From positions 3,072,001-3,136,000 of the forward strand of contig CBDBGH010000003.1 of the NCBI GenBank assembly GCA_965205265.1: a stretch of DNA of 64,000 nt, in the 5' to 3' direction. This DNA comes from Alphaproteobacteria bacterium. GTDB lineage: Bacteria > Pseudomonadota > Alphaproteobacteria > Bin95. Made by a program: the position numbers and the translations under genes. Numbering within the stretch: position 1 is the first letter of the stretch; every line of letters begins with the position of its first letter. Positions 39,512 through 49,648 of this stretch are shown here, piece after piece. Under the pieces are notes generated by a model that worked only from the letters and a program-made list of their open reading frames with translations, did not search any database and was not told where the DNA came from.

Positions 39512-41427
39512 CCCACTGCCGCGACCGGCGCAGGGCCGAAGGCGGCGAACACCGTCCGGAAAATGGCGTCCGTGTCCAGCCCCGCCTGGGCCACCTGCGC
39601 TTCCGGCTTGTCATGGTCGATGAAGACATCCGGCATGACCAGCGAGCGGACCTTCAGGCTGCCGTCCAGAAGGCCGCGGCCGGCCAGGAACTGGAGCACG
39701 AAGGCCCCGAAACCGCCGACCGAGCCCTCCTCGACCGTGACCAGCAGTTCGTGGTTCTCCGCCAGCCGGCGCACAAGGTCCTCGTCGAGCGGCTTGGCGA
39801 AACGCGCATCGGCGACCGTGGTCGAAATTCCCTCGGTCTCCAGCCGTTCCGCCGCCGCCAGCGCATCGTGGAGCCGCGCACCGTAGGAGAGGATGGCCGC
39901 CTTCGAGCCTTCGCGCATAATCCGGCCCCTGCCGATTTCCAGCGCCTCGCCGCGTTCCGGCAGGGGCACCCCGACGCCCTCGCCGCGCGCATAGCGCAGC
40001 GCCGAGGGTCCCTCGTCGATGCCCACGGCCGTTGCGACCATATGCACGAGGTCTGCTTCATCGGCGGCCGCCATCAGCACGAAATTCGGCAGGCAGCCGA
40101 GATAGGCGATATCGAAGGCGCCGCAATGGGTCGCGCCGTCGGCGCCGACATAGCCCGCCCGGTCGATGGCGAAACGCACCGGCAGCGACTGGATCGCGAC
40201 ATCGTGGACGACCTGGTCGTAGCCGCGCTGCAGGAAGGTCGAATAGATCGCCGCAAAGGGCTTCATGCCCTCGCAGGCGAGCCCCGCAGCGAAGGTCACC
40301 GCATGCTGCTCGGCGATGCCGACATCGAAAGCGCGGTCCGGGAAGCGCGCGCCGAACGCGTCCACGCCCGTGCCGGACGGCATGGCCGCGGTAATGGCGC
40401 AGACCGCCGGGTCGCGCTCCGCTTCGGCGATCAGGCTCTTCGCGAAAACCGAGGTGTAGGACGGCGCGGCGGGCTTCGACTTGGCCTGCACACCGGTGTC
40501 GAGGTCGAACTTGGAAACGCCGTGATACTTGTCGCCGGAGGTTTCCGCCGGCTCGTAGCCCTTGCCCTTCTGCGTGACCGCATGGATCAGCACCGGCCCG
40601 CGCCCGTCCGTGTCGCGGACATTGCGCAGGATGGGCAGCAGATGGTCGAGATTGTGGCCGTCGATCGGGCCCACATAGTAGAAGCCCATCTCCTCGAACA
40701 GCGTGCCCCCGGTGACGAGGCCGCGCGCATATTCCTCCGCTCTCAGCGCCGCGGTCTCGAACGGCTTCGGGAAGCGCCGCGCCACTTCCTTGGCAACCTG
40801 CCTGAGCGAGCGGTAGGAACGCGACGAAATCAGCCGCGCGAGATAGTTGCTCATCGCCCCGACATTGGGCGCGATCGACATGTCGTTGTCGTTCAGCACC
40901 ACGACAAGCGGCAGTTCCATCGCGCCGGCATTGTTCATCGCCTCATAAGCCATGCCGGCCGTCATGGCGCCGTCGCCGATCACGGCGATGCACCGCCTGC
41001 TCTCGCCGCGAAGCTGGGCCCCCGCCGCCATGCCGAGCGCCGCCGAGATCGAGGTCGAGCTGTGCGCGGCGCCGAAGGGGTCGTAGGGGCTCTCCACGCG
41101 GCGGGTGAAGCCGGACAGGCCGCCGCCCTGGCGCAAGGTGCGCATCCCGGACCGCCGCCCGGTCAGGATCTTGTGCGGATAGGCCTGATGGCTCACATCC
41201 CAGATCAGCCGGTCATGCGGGGTTTCGAACACCGCATGCAGCGCCACGGTCAGTTCGATCACGCCGAGGCTGGCGCCCAGATGGCCGCCCGTCTGGGAAA
41301 CCGTGTCCACGGTCTCGAAACGCAGTTCGGCTGCCAGCTGCTTCAACTCGTTGTCGGAGAGTTCCCGGAGGTCCGCGGGAGAGTCGATGCGGTCCAGCAA
41401 CGGGGTCGTTCGGTTGGACAGGTACAT
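39508..41427 (-). CDS. dxs: 1-deoxy-D-xylulose-5-phosphate synthase
   Basis: [25 protein letters not shown]...NDN, IAEQH, DRAG. Confidence 0.97.
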   Translation of the reverse strand: MYLSNRTTPLLDRIDSPADLRELSDNELKQLAAELRFETVDTVSQTGGHLGASLGVIELTVALHAVFETPHDRLIWDVSHQAYPHKILTGRRSGMRTLRQGGGLSGFTRRVESPYDPFGAAHSSTSISAALGMAAGAQLRGESRRCIAVIGDGAMTAGMAYEAMNNAGAMELPLVVVLNDNDMSIAPNVGAMSNYLARLISSRSYRSLRQVAKEVARRFPKPFETAALRAEEYARGLVTGGTLFEEMGFYYVGPIDGHNLDHLLPILRNVRDTDGRGPVLIHAVTQKGKGYEPAETSGDKYHGVSKFDLDTGVQAKSKPAAPSYTSVFAKSLIAEAERDPAVCAITAAMPSGTGVDAFGARFPDRAFDVGIAEQHAVTFAAGLACEGMKPFAAIYSTFLQRGYDQVVHDVAIQSLPVRFAIDRAGYVGADGATHCGAFDIAYLGCLPNFVLMAAADEADLVHMVATAVGIDEGPSALRYARGEGVGVPLPERGEALEIGRGRIMREGSKAAILSYGARLHDALAAAERLETEGISTTVADARFAKPLDEDLVRRLAENHELLVTVEEGSVGGFGAFVLQFLAGRGLLDGSLKVRSLVMPDVFIDHDKPEAQVAQAGLDTDAIFRTVFAAFGPAPVAAVG

Positions 41428-41437
41428 GGGATACCTC

Positions 41438-42325
41438 TCAACTGCTGCGTTCGACAGCGAACCGGGCGGCGTCCCGCAGCGGGTCCGCGCGGGCGCCGAA
41501 ACAATCCAGATGCGCGGCCGCCTGTTCGCTCAGAATCTTCGCCCGCGCCCGCGCCGCCTCAATGCCGAGAAGCGAGACGACCGTGGCCTTGCCCTGCCCG
41601 GCGTCCTTGCGCAGGCGCTTGCCCGCCTCTTCTTCGGAGCCGTCGGCGTCGATCAGGTCGTCTGCGATCTGGAAGGCGAAACCCAGGTCCTGGGCATAGG
41701 CGGTGAGCGCCCGCTCCGCATCGGCCGCCGCCCCGCCCAGCAGCGCGCCCGCCCGGCAGCAGAAGGCAATGAGCGCGCCGGTCTTCATGCGCTCCAGACG
41801 GGCGATCTCGCCATATTCGAAATCGGTCCGCTCGGCGAGCATGTCGAGCATCTGGCCGCCGCACATGCCCTCGGCGCCGGCGGCGCGCGCCAGCCCGGCG
41901 ACCAGCCTCAGGCGAACGGTCGGGCTCGGATGCGTTTCGGCATCGGCCAGCACTTCGAAGGCCAGCGTCAGCAGGGCGTCGCCCGCCAGAATGGCGGTCG
42001 CCTCGTCCCAGGCGGCGTGGACTGTCGGCCGGCCGCGCCGGAGGTCGTCATCGTCCATGGCCGGCAAGTCGTCATGGACCAGCGAATAGCAATGCACCAG
42101 CTCGACCGCCGCGCCGCAGCGCAGCGCAAAGCGTTCCTCCACGCCGAACAGGTCCGCCGAGGCGACCGCCAGAAACGGCCTGAGACGCTTGCCGGGGCCG
42201 AGCGCGGCATAGCGCATGGCATCGAAGAGCCGCCTCTCCGCGCGCCCCGTTTCCGGCAGCAGGCCGGCCAGTATCCGGTCAACCCTGGCGCGAACCCGGC
42301 CGAGACGGTCGGAAAAGCCCGTCAC
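41438..42325 (-). CDS. ispA: Farnesyl diphosphate synthase (polyprenyl synthetase)
   Basis: [37 protein letters not shown]; xseB-ispA-dxs synteny. Confidence 0.93.
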   Translation of the reverse strand: MTGFSDRLGRVRARVDRILAGLLPETGRAERRLFDAMRYAALGPGKRLRPFLAVASADLFGVEERFALRCGAAVELVHCYSLVHDDLPAMDDDDLRRGRPTVHAAWDEATAILAGDALLTLAFEVLADAETHPSPTVRLRLVAGLARAAGAEGMCGGQMLDMLAERTDFEYGEIARLERMKTGALIAFCCRAGALLGGAAADAERALTAYAQDLGFAFQIADDLIDADGSEEEAGKRLRKDAGQGKATVVSLLGIEAARARAKILSEQAAAHLDCFGARADPLRDAARFAVERSS

Positions 42326-42576
42326 CCGCCGGCTTCCGGGTCGAGCGGTTCGGCAGCGGGAACGCCATTGCGGTCGAGCGCGATTTTCTCGACCTTCTCC
42401 TGCGCCAGACGCAGCTTGTCCTCGCAATGGCGTTTGAGCGCCGCGCCCCGCTCATAGGCAGCGATCGCCTCTTCGAGCGGCGTCCGGCCCTGCTCCAGCC
42501 GCTGGACGATCTGCTCCAGTTCCGCCATGGCGTCCTCGAAGCTCATCGCCGAAATTTCGGTCGTTCCGGCCGTCAA
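42322..42576 (-). CDS. xseB: Exodeoxyribonuclease VII small subunit
   Basis: SFEDAMAELEQIVQRLE, LEEAIAAYERG, CEDKL. Confidence 0.94.
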   Translation of the reverse strand: MTAGTTEISAMSFEDAMAELEQIVQRLEQGRTPLEEAIAAYERGAALKRHCEDKLRLAQEKVEKIALDRNGVPAAEPLDPEAGG

Positions 42577-42747
42577 AAGCCAACCTCCGCACCAAGCCAG
42601 AAAGCTCGTCTATCCTACTATGTTTACTGCGCATATTCAATTCGCAGGGGCCGGAGTCCGCCTCGCCAACTCAGGTCAGCGCCTCCGACAACCGCCGCGA
42701 ACGCCCGCAATCAGCTGCCCGCAACCAACCGAATTCCGGGCTATCGG

Positions 42748-43737
42748 TCAGCCTGCGGTTTCGCCTGTCGTGAGCACAATCTTGCCGGCGACCTTGCGGG
42801 AGAGAAGGCGGCGCAAGGCGTCGGCCGCCCCTTCGAGCGGCCAGGTCTCGGCAATGCGCGGCTTCAGCGCGCCGTCCTCGTAAAGCCTGAAGAGACCGGC
42901 GAAGCTCTGTTGCAGCCGCTCGGGCTCGCGTTCCCGGTGCGAGCTCCAGTAAACGCCGATGGCGGCTATGTTCTTGACCAGCAGCAGGTTGGCCGGGGCC
43001 TGCGGAATGCGCCCGGCCGCAAAGCCGACCACCAGCAGCCGCCCGCCCCAGGCGATGCAGCGCATGGAAGCATCGAAGACATCGCCGCCCACGGGATCGT
43101 AGATCACATCCGCGCCGCGGCCCTCCGTCAGGTCCCTCACCCGCGCGCGGATATCCTCGCTCCTGTAGTCGATGCCGTGGTCCGCGCCGTGTTCGAGGGC
43201 GACGGCCAGCTTTTCCGGCCCGCCGGCGGTCGCGATGACGGTCGCGCCCATGGCCTTGCCGATCTCGACCGCGGTGAGCCCGACGCCTCCGGCCGCGCCG
43301 TGCACCAGCAGGGTCTCGCCGGCCTTGAGGCCGCCGCGATGGTCGAGGCCGATATGGCTCGTGCCATAGGTCACGGGAAAGCCTGCCGCGGTGACGAAGT
43401 CCATGCTCTCCGGCAGGCGGTAAACATGAACGGCGGGCACGCAGACCTGCTCGCGATAAGCGCCGTAGTCCATCACCGCCATCACGCGCTCGCCGATCTC
43501 CCGGCCCTCGACGCCGGGCCCGAGCGCATCGATATGCCCCGCGCATTCGAAGCCGGGGCTGAAGGGAAAGTCGGGCCTCGTCTGGTATTGGCCGGCGGCC
43601 ACAAGGGAGTCCGCGAAATTGACGCCGATGGCCGCGGCGCGCACCCGCACCTCGCCGGGGCCGGGCTCGTCCGGGGCGATGTCCTCGACGGTGACCGCGT
43701 CGATCCCGTCGAAGGACCGGCAAAGCACTGCGCGCAT
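42748..43737 (-). CDS. NADPH:quinone oxidoreductase (MDR family)
   Basis: GVNFAD, PGFECAG, HGAAGGVG, YDPVGG, GKIVL. Confidence 0.92.
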   Translation of the reverse strand: MRAVLCRSFDGIDAVTVEDIAPDEPGPGEVRVRAAAIGVNFADSLVAAGQYQTRPDFPFSPGFECAGHIDALGPGVEGREIGERVMAVMDYGAYREQVCVPAVHVYRLPESMDFVTAAGFPVTYGTSHIGLDHRGGLKAGETLLVHGAAGGVGLTAVEIGKAMGATVIATAGGPEKLAVALEHGADHGIDYRSEDIRARVRDLTEGRGADVIYDPVGGDVFDASMRCIAWGGRLLVVGFAAGRIPQAPANLLLVKNIAAIGVYWSSHREREPERLQQSFAGLFRLYEDGALKPRIAETWPLEGAADALRRLLSRKVAGKIVLTTGETAG

Positions 43738-44435
43738 CAGCGCAGCACCCGGCCCAGCATCGCCTCGGAGCGCCCGTTGGCGAGTTCCTTCATGGCCCTG
43801 ACCTCGGTGACCGCGCCTTCGCGCGCGAAAGCATGGTCGGTTTCCGGATATGTATAGATTTCGGCGCCTTCATGGCCGGCCAGCGCCGCCGCGGTGGCAT
43901 CGCGGACCGGCGCGGGCGTCCAGGGGTCCGCCTCGCCGATATGCAGCATGACGGGCCGCGCGATCCGCGCCGCCTCGTCCAGATAGTCCTCTATGCCGAC
44001 GCCGTAATAGGAGATGTCGCAATCCGCCTCGCCGCGCGCGGCATGCAGGAAGGCGAGCAGCCCGCCAAGGCAGTAGCCCTGCGTCGCGACCCTGCCGTTG
44101 CATTCGGGCATGTCCCTGAGTCGCGCAACCGCCGCCGCCGTGTCCGAGACCGCGAGATCGACATCGAAGTCCGAGCGCGTCGCGAGCGCCCGGTCCCGGT
44201 GGCCCGGGGTTTCCGGGTCGAGCTCGAATTCCGGGTCGATGCGCCAGTAAAGCTTCGGGCAGACGGCGAGGAAGCCCCTGCCGGCCCAGTAGTCGGCAAT
44301 CGCGCGCATGAAGCGGTTGACGCCGAACACCTCGTTCAGCAGCAGGAGGCCGGGCGCGGGCCCGCCGGCGTCGGGGAAGGCCGCATAGGCGCCGAAGGTC
44401 TCGCCGGCGCTGGTGGTGATCGTAAGCTCGGACAT
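43737..44435 (-). CDS. Dienelactone hydrolase family protein
   Basis: EVFGVN, GYCLGG, YYG, HAFAR. Confidence 0.9.
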   Translation of the reverse strand: MSELTITTSAGETFGAYAAFPDAGGPAPGLLLLNEVFGVNRFMRAIADYWAGRGFLAVCPKLYWRIDPEFELDPETPGHRDRALATRSDFDVDLAVSDTAAAVARLRDMPECNGRVATQGYCLGGLLAFLHAARGEADCDISYYGVGIEDYLDEAARIARPVMLHIGEADPWTPAPVRDATAAALAGHEGAEIYTYPETDHAFAREGAVTEVRAMKELANGRSEAMLGRVLR

Positions 44436-44557
44436 GGAGTGAAGGGCCTCGTTGCGGGGAGCGGCGCGCATTGTAGCAGGCGGTTTCGGCACGGCGGACA
44501 TCCGGGTCGTTTTGCGTGACAATGGGCAGGCTGGTAGAGACAGGGGGAGCCGAAGGC

Positions 44558-45391
44558 ATGGCCGAGCTCGAAGGGAAGACCGCCGTCATCACGGGGGGTG
44601 CCAGCGGGATCGGCGAGGCGACGGCGCGGCTGTTCACCGCCGAGGGCGCGCGGGTCGTGATCGCCGACATGCAGCGCGAGCGGGGCGAGGCGCTGGCGGA
44701 AGAGCTCGGCGAGGCGGCGCTGTTCGCACCCTGCGAGGTCCGCGACGAGGCGGAGGTGAAGGCGGCCGTCGATCTGGCGCTCGACCGCTGGGGGCGGCTC
44801 GACTGCATGTTCAACAATGCCGGCTTCGGCGGCGCCCTCGGGCCGCTGGAGGCGATTCCGGCGGAGGAGTTCGACCTGTCCTTCGATGTGCTGGTGCGCG
44901 GCGTCTTCCTCGGCATGAAGCACGCCATCCCGGCGATGAAGGCGCAGGGCTCGGGCAGCATCGTCAACACGGGCAGCATCGCCGGCATCACGGCCGGGCG
45001 GGGCCCGCAGGTCTATTCGGCCGCCAAGGCGGCCGTGGTGCATCTTTCCAGGGTCTCCGCGATGGAACTCGGCGAGCACTCGGTCCGGGTGAATTGCGTC
45101 TGCCCCGGCTATATCGCGACACCGCTTTCGGCCAACACGGTCGGCAGGCCGGACAGCCTGATCGAGGAGCGGCTCGACGACTACGCCCTGCAGCAGCCGA
45201 TCCCGCGCGTCGGCCGGCCGCGCGACATTGCCGAAACCGTGCTGTTCCTGGCGAGCGACCGGTCGAGCTTCGTCACCGGCCAGGCGATCACCGTGGATGG
45301 TGGCGCGGCCACAGGCGTGCTCTGGCGCGACCAGAAACCCTTCTACAAGCAATACCGCCCCATCCGCGTCTATCATCCCGACCGCCGCTAG
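44558..45391 (+). CDS. SDR family oxidoreductase
   Basis: TGGASGIG, NNAG, YSAAK, VNCVCPG, VDGG. Confidence 0.93.
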   Translation: MAELEGKTAVITGGASGIGEATARLFTAEGARVVIADMQRERGEALAEELGEAALFAPCEVRDEAEVKAAVDLALDRWGRLDCMFNNAGFGGALGPLEAIPAEEFDLSFDVLVRGVFLGMKHAIPAMKAQGSGSIVNTGSIAGITAGRGPQVYSAAKAAVVHLSRVSAMELGEHSVRVNCVCPGYIATPLSANTVGRPDSLIEERLDDYALQQPIPRVGRPRDIAETVLFLASDRSSFVTGQAITVDGGAATGVLWRDQKPFYKQYRPIRVYHPDRR

Positions 45392-45396
45392 GGCCG

Positions 45397-46344
45397 GTGC
45401 CGCTCTTCGACACTCACATCGTCGTGGACTGGTCGGCGCGCTCGAAGCCGAGTCCGGCCCGGCCGAGCCGCGACTCGATCTGGTGGGCCGCAGTACGAGA
45501 CGGGCGGGCGCTCAAGCCCGAATATATGCGCACGCGCCACGATGCCGTCGAACGCCTTGCCGTCTTCGTCGCCGGGGAACTGGATGCCGGGCGCCGCGTT
45601 CTGGCCGGCTTCGATTTCCCGTTCGGCTATCCGGCGGGCGTTGCCGAACGCCTGACGGGCCGGGCCTCTGCCTGTGCGCTTTGGGACTGGCTTGCGGAGC
45701 GGGTGGAGGACAAGCCGGACAATGGTAACAACCGCTTTGCCGTAGCCGAGGAGATGAACCGATGCTGGCCGGGCGTCGGGCCGTTCTGGGGCCGCCCGCC
45801 GGCATGGCGTTACCCGCAAATCCCGGTCCGGGCGCGCGACCGCACCTGCCGGGAAGGGCGCCCGGCGGAGCGCCGTATCGCCGACAGGCGGGCAAAGGAG
45901 GCCAAAACCGTCTGGCAATTGGCCTATTCCGGCTCCGTCGGCTCGCAGGTGCTTGTGGGCCTGCCGGCCTTGAAACGGCTGCTGGCGGACCCGCGCATCG
46001 GCGGGCGCGGCGGGGTCTGGCCCTTCGATACCGGGCTGAGGCCGCCGGATACCTGCAAAGCGCCGCTCGTGCTCGCGGAAATCTACCCCTCGCTTCTCCG
46101 GAAAGAGGTTGCCGAACGCCGGGGCGACGGCGAAATCCTCGACTGCGCCCAGGTCCGCGTCAACGCAGCGGCATTTGCGCGGCTGGACAGGCGGGGCGGC
46201 CTTGCGCCACTGTTCGGGGGCGCGCCCGATCTTGGGCCGAATGAACGCCGCCTGATCGAACGAGAAGAGGCATGGATACTCGGCCTCGGCCATGAGGACG
46301 GGATTCGCGACGCTGCGAGAACGGATTGCCATGAACAGGGATAA
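45397..46344 (+). CDS. Conserved hypothetical protein, DUF429-like (predicted RNase H-like fold)
   Basis: IVVDWSA, GFDFPFGYP, GSVGSQ, WPFD, EIYPS, EEAWILG; GTG start after the SDR stop; overlaps the hyuA-like start. Confidence 0.65.
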   Translation: MPLFDTHIVVDWSARSKPSPARPSRDSIWWAAVRDGRALKPEYMRTRHDAVERLAVFVAGELDAGRRVLAGFDFPFGYPAGVAERLTGRASACALWDWLAERVEDKPDNGNNRFAVAEEMNRCWPGVGPFWGRPPAWRYPQIPVRARDRTCREGRPAERRIADRRAKEAKTVWQLAYSGSVGSQVLVGLPALKRLLADPRIGGRGGVWPFDTGLRPPDTCKAPLVLAEIYPSLLRKEVAERRGDGEILDCAQVRVNAAAFARLDRRGGLAPLFGGAPDLGPNERRLIEREEAWILGLGHEDGIRDAARTDCHEQG

Positions 46345-48409
46345 CCCCGCCTGCCGCATCGGCGTCGATGTCGGCGGGACCTTTACCGATGTCGTCATCG
46401 ACCATGCCGGCGCGCGCACCTCCGCCAAGGTGCCGACGACGGCCGATGCACCCGAAACCGGGGTGATCGAGGGCATCGGCGCAGCGCTCGAACGCGCCGG
46501 CATTGCGCCGGAAGCGGTCGATCTCGTCATCCACGGCACGACGCTCGCCACCAATGCGCTGATCGAGCGCAAGGGGGCGAGGACCGCGCTGCTGACCACC
46601 GAGGGGTTCCGCGACTCCATCGAGATGGCCTATGAGCACCGGTTCGAGCAATACGACCTCTATATGGAGCGCCCGGAGCCGCTGGTGCCGCGCGAACTCC
46701 GTCTCGGCGTGCCGGAGCGGCTGGCGGCCGACGGCGCCCTGCTCATGGCGCTCGACGAGGCGGCGGTCGCCGCCCATGCCGCGTTTTTCCGCGAGGAGGG
46801 CGTCGAGGCGGTCGCCGTCGGCTTCCTGCATTCCTATGTGGACGATTCCCACGAGCGCCGCGCGGCCGCCATCCTGAGCCGGGAACTGCCGGGGGCGACG
46901 ATCTGCCTGTCGTCAGAAGTGTCGCCGGAGATCCGCGAATACGACCGCCTTTCGACCACGGTCGCCAATGCCTATGTCCGCCCGCTGATCGCGGGCTATG
47001 TCGGCCGGCTGGAAGCCGCGCTGCGGGAACGCGGGCTCGCCTGCCCGCTGCTGCTCACCATGTCGAGCGGCGCGGTGACGACGGTGGAGACGGCGCAGCG
47101 CTTCCCGATCCGGCTGGTGGAGTCCGGCCCGGCCGGCGGCGCCGTGCTCGCCCGCAATGTCGCCGCCGAGCACGGCCTCGACAAGGCGCTCTCCTTCGAC
47201 ATGGGCGGCACCACGGCGAAAATCTGCCTGATCGACGACTACCGCCCGCAACTGTCGCGCAATTTCGAGGTGGCGCGGCAATACCGGTTCCTGAAGGGCA
47301 GCGGACTGCCGCTGCGCATCCCGGCCATCGAGATGGTCGAGATCGGCGCGGGCGGCGGCTCCATCGCGCGCACCGATGCGCTCCGGCGGATCGTCGTCGG
47401 CCCCGACAGCGCGGGCGCCGCCCCGGGCCCGGCCTGCTACGGGCGCGGCGGCGAGGCGCCGACCGTGACCGACGCGGACCTGATGCTGGGGCGCATCGAC
47501 CCGGCCCGGTTCGCCGGCGGGACCATGGCGCTGGACAGGGATGCCGCCCTCCATGCCGTCCGGCGCGATGTGGGCGGCCCGCTGGGCATGACGGACGAGG
47601 TGGCCGCAGCCGGCGTCAGTGAGATCGTGGACGAGGCCATGGCCAATGCCGCCCGCGTCCACGCGATCGAGAGCGGCAAGCCGCTGGGCGGGCGGGCGCT
47701 CATCGCATTCGGCGGCGCCGCCCCGCTCCACGCCGCGCGCCTCGCCGTCAAGCTCGGGATCGGCACGGTGGTCGTGCCGCCGGGGGCGGGTGTGGGCTCG
47801 GCCATCGGCTTCCTGTCCGCGCCCATCGCCTATGAGGTCGTGCGCTCGCGCTTCATGGCGCTCGACAATTTCGCGCCGGCGGTCGTGGATGCGCTGTTCG
47901 ACGAGATGCGCGTGGAAGCGGAAGCCGTGGTGCGGCTCGGCGCGCCCGACGCCGAACTGGAGGAGGTGCGGACCGGCTACATGCGCTATCGCGGCCAGGG
48001 CCATGAGATTGCGGTCGAGCTGCCGGAACGCGCCGACGCGGAAGAATACCGCCGCCGCTTCGACGACGCCTATCGCCGTCTCTACGGCCGCACCATCCCG
48101 GCGCTGGAGGTGGAGGCGATGTCCTGGAGCCTGGCGCTCGGGGCTGCGGACCGGTTGCCGGCCCGCCTGCCTGCGGCGGCTCCTACGGACGCCGGCCCGC
48201 CTTCCGGCCGGCGGATGCTTTACAACACGGAGTCGGGCGGGCCGGTAAAGGCGGTCGTCCACGCGCGCGCCGACCTCGCGCCCGGCGTCCGGCTTGCCGG
48301 CCCGGCGGTCGTGGTAGAGGATGAAACCGCCACCGTCGCGCCGGAAGGCTTCGACCTCACGGTCGCCGCTTCCGGCGCCCTGGTGCTGACGCGGAGGACG
48401 CCTGCGTGA
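46331..48409 (+). CDS. Hydantoinase/oxoprolinase A subunit
   Basis: GVDVGGTFTD, HGTTLATNAL, SGPAGG, DMGGTT, GAGGGS, GPACYGRGG, RYRGQ. Confidence 0.93.
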   Translation: MNRDNPACRIGVDVGGTFTDVVIDHAGARTSAKVPTTADAPETGVIEGIGAALERAGIAPEAVDLVIHGTTLATNALIERKGARTALLTTEGFRDSIEMAYEHRFEQYDLYMERPEPLVPRELRLGVPERLAADGALLMALDEAAVAAHAAFFREEGVEAVAVGFLHSYVDDSHERRAAAILSRELPGATICLSSEVSPEIREYDRLSTTVANAYVRPLIAGYVGRLEAALRERGLACPLLLTMSSGAVTTVETAQRFPIRLVESGPAGGAVLARNVAAEHGLDKALSFDMGGTTAKICLIDDYRPQLSRNFEVARQYRFLKGSGLPLRIPAIEMVEIGAGGGSIARTDALRRIVVGPDSAGAAPGPACYGRGGEAPTVTDADLMLGRIDPARFAGGTMALDRDAALHAVRRDVGGPLGMTDEVAAAGVSEIVDEAMANAARVHAIESGKPLGGRALIAFGGAAPLHAARLAVKLGIGTVVVPPGAGVGSAIGFLSAPIAYEVVRSRFMALDNFAPAVVDALFDEMRVEAEAVVRLGAPDAELEEVRTGYMRYRGQGHEIAVELPERADAEEYRRRFDDAYRRLYGRTIPALEVEAMSWSLALGAADRLPARLPAAAPTDAGPPSGRRMLYNTESGGPVKAVVHARADLAPGVRLAGPAVVVEDETATVAPEGFDLTVAASGALVLTRRTPA

Positions 48410-49648
48410 ACCCGGATTCCCTGAGGCTCGACGATGCCGAACTCGCCCGCCTCGCGGCTGGCGGGGAGAGCGCGCGGGTCGAGTTCAAGGAACGGCTTTC
48501 AGGCAGCGCAACCAGGCAGATCGAAGAGGCGATCTGCGCTTTCGCAAATGATTTAGGAGGTAGCGGCAAGCCCGGCATTGTAATAGTCGGCCTTCGGGAC
48601 GATGGTACGCCGGCCCATACCGCAATTACGGACGAACTGCTTCTTACGCTTACGAATATTCGTAGCAACGGCGATGTATTGCCGCCGCCGATGCTGCTAG
48701 TGGAGAGACGCCACATGATTGGTGTCGAGGTCGCAGTCGTAGCTGTCGCGCCCTCCAGACTCTCCTCCCGTGCGCTGCCGTGGCCGCATCCATGTCCGCA
48801 GCGGCCCGAGACGCGGCATCGCCACGGCACAGGAAGAGCGTGTGCTGAATGAGCGTCGGCGTTTCGCAGACCGGCCGTTCGATCTTCGACCGATTGCGAG
48901 TGCCGATCTCTCTGATTTGAACCGGCGACAATTCGAAGACGAATATTTGCCCGCCGCTGTTGCCCCTGACGTGCTTGAGATGAATGACCGCAGTTACCAG
49001 CAACAGCTTGAGGCCACGAAGATGGTCACAGTAATTGAAGACCCACAGCCAACGCTGGTCGGTCTTCTTGTATTAGGGATCAGTCCGCGTGATTTTATAG
49101 ATGGCGCTCGAGTTCAATTTCTTCGCATAGATGGCAAAGAATTCGGTGACGAAATTATCGACACCATGACGATAGATGGCACCGTTTTGGATATGGTGAG
49201 GCAGCTTGAGGACAAGCTGCGTTCTCACAACTACCATAGTGTAGATTTCATGGGTGCCGATCGTGAACATCGTCAGGAATTTTACCCACTCCCTGCATTA
49301 CAACAATTATTCCGAAACGCCTTGATACACCGTAGCTACGAAGGCACCAAAGCGCCGGTCCAAGTAACCTGGTTCAATGACCGAATTGAGATTCAGAGTC
49401 CTGGCGGCCCATATGGTCAAGTCACTATAGACAATTTTGGTGATCCTGGTAAGGTCGATTACAGGAACCCGAATCTTGCGGAGGCTATGCGAAATCTTGG
49501 ATATGTTCAGCGGTTCGGTGCTGGAATTGGCACGGCTCAACGTCTCCTGCGCCAATCAGGTCACATGGAGGCGCAATTCGATGTCAATCAAACACATGTT
49601 CTTGTTACGGTAATGTCAGCCACCAGCACGACGGGAGAAGAGAAATGA
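48406..49648 (+). CDS. Schlafen/AlbA_2 domain + HATPase_c_4 (RecG C-terminal-like) protein, +1 frameshift near 48755
   Basis: ESARVEFKE...ICAFAND...IVGLRDDG; NALIHRSY, DRIEIQSPGG, RNPNLA, QRFGAGI; removing one base gives APSDSPPVRCRGRIHVRSG and one 413-aa ORF. Confidence 0.82.
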
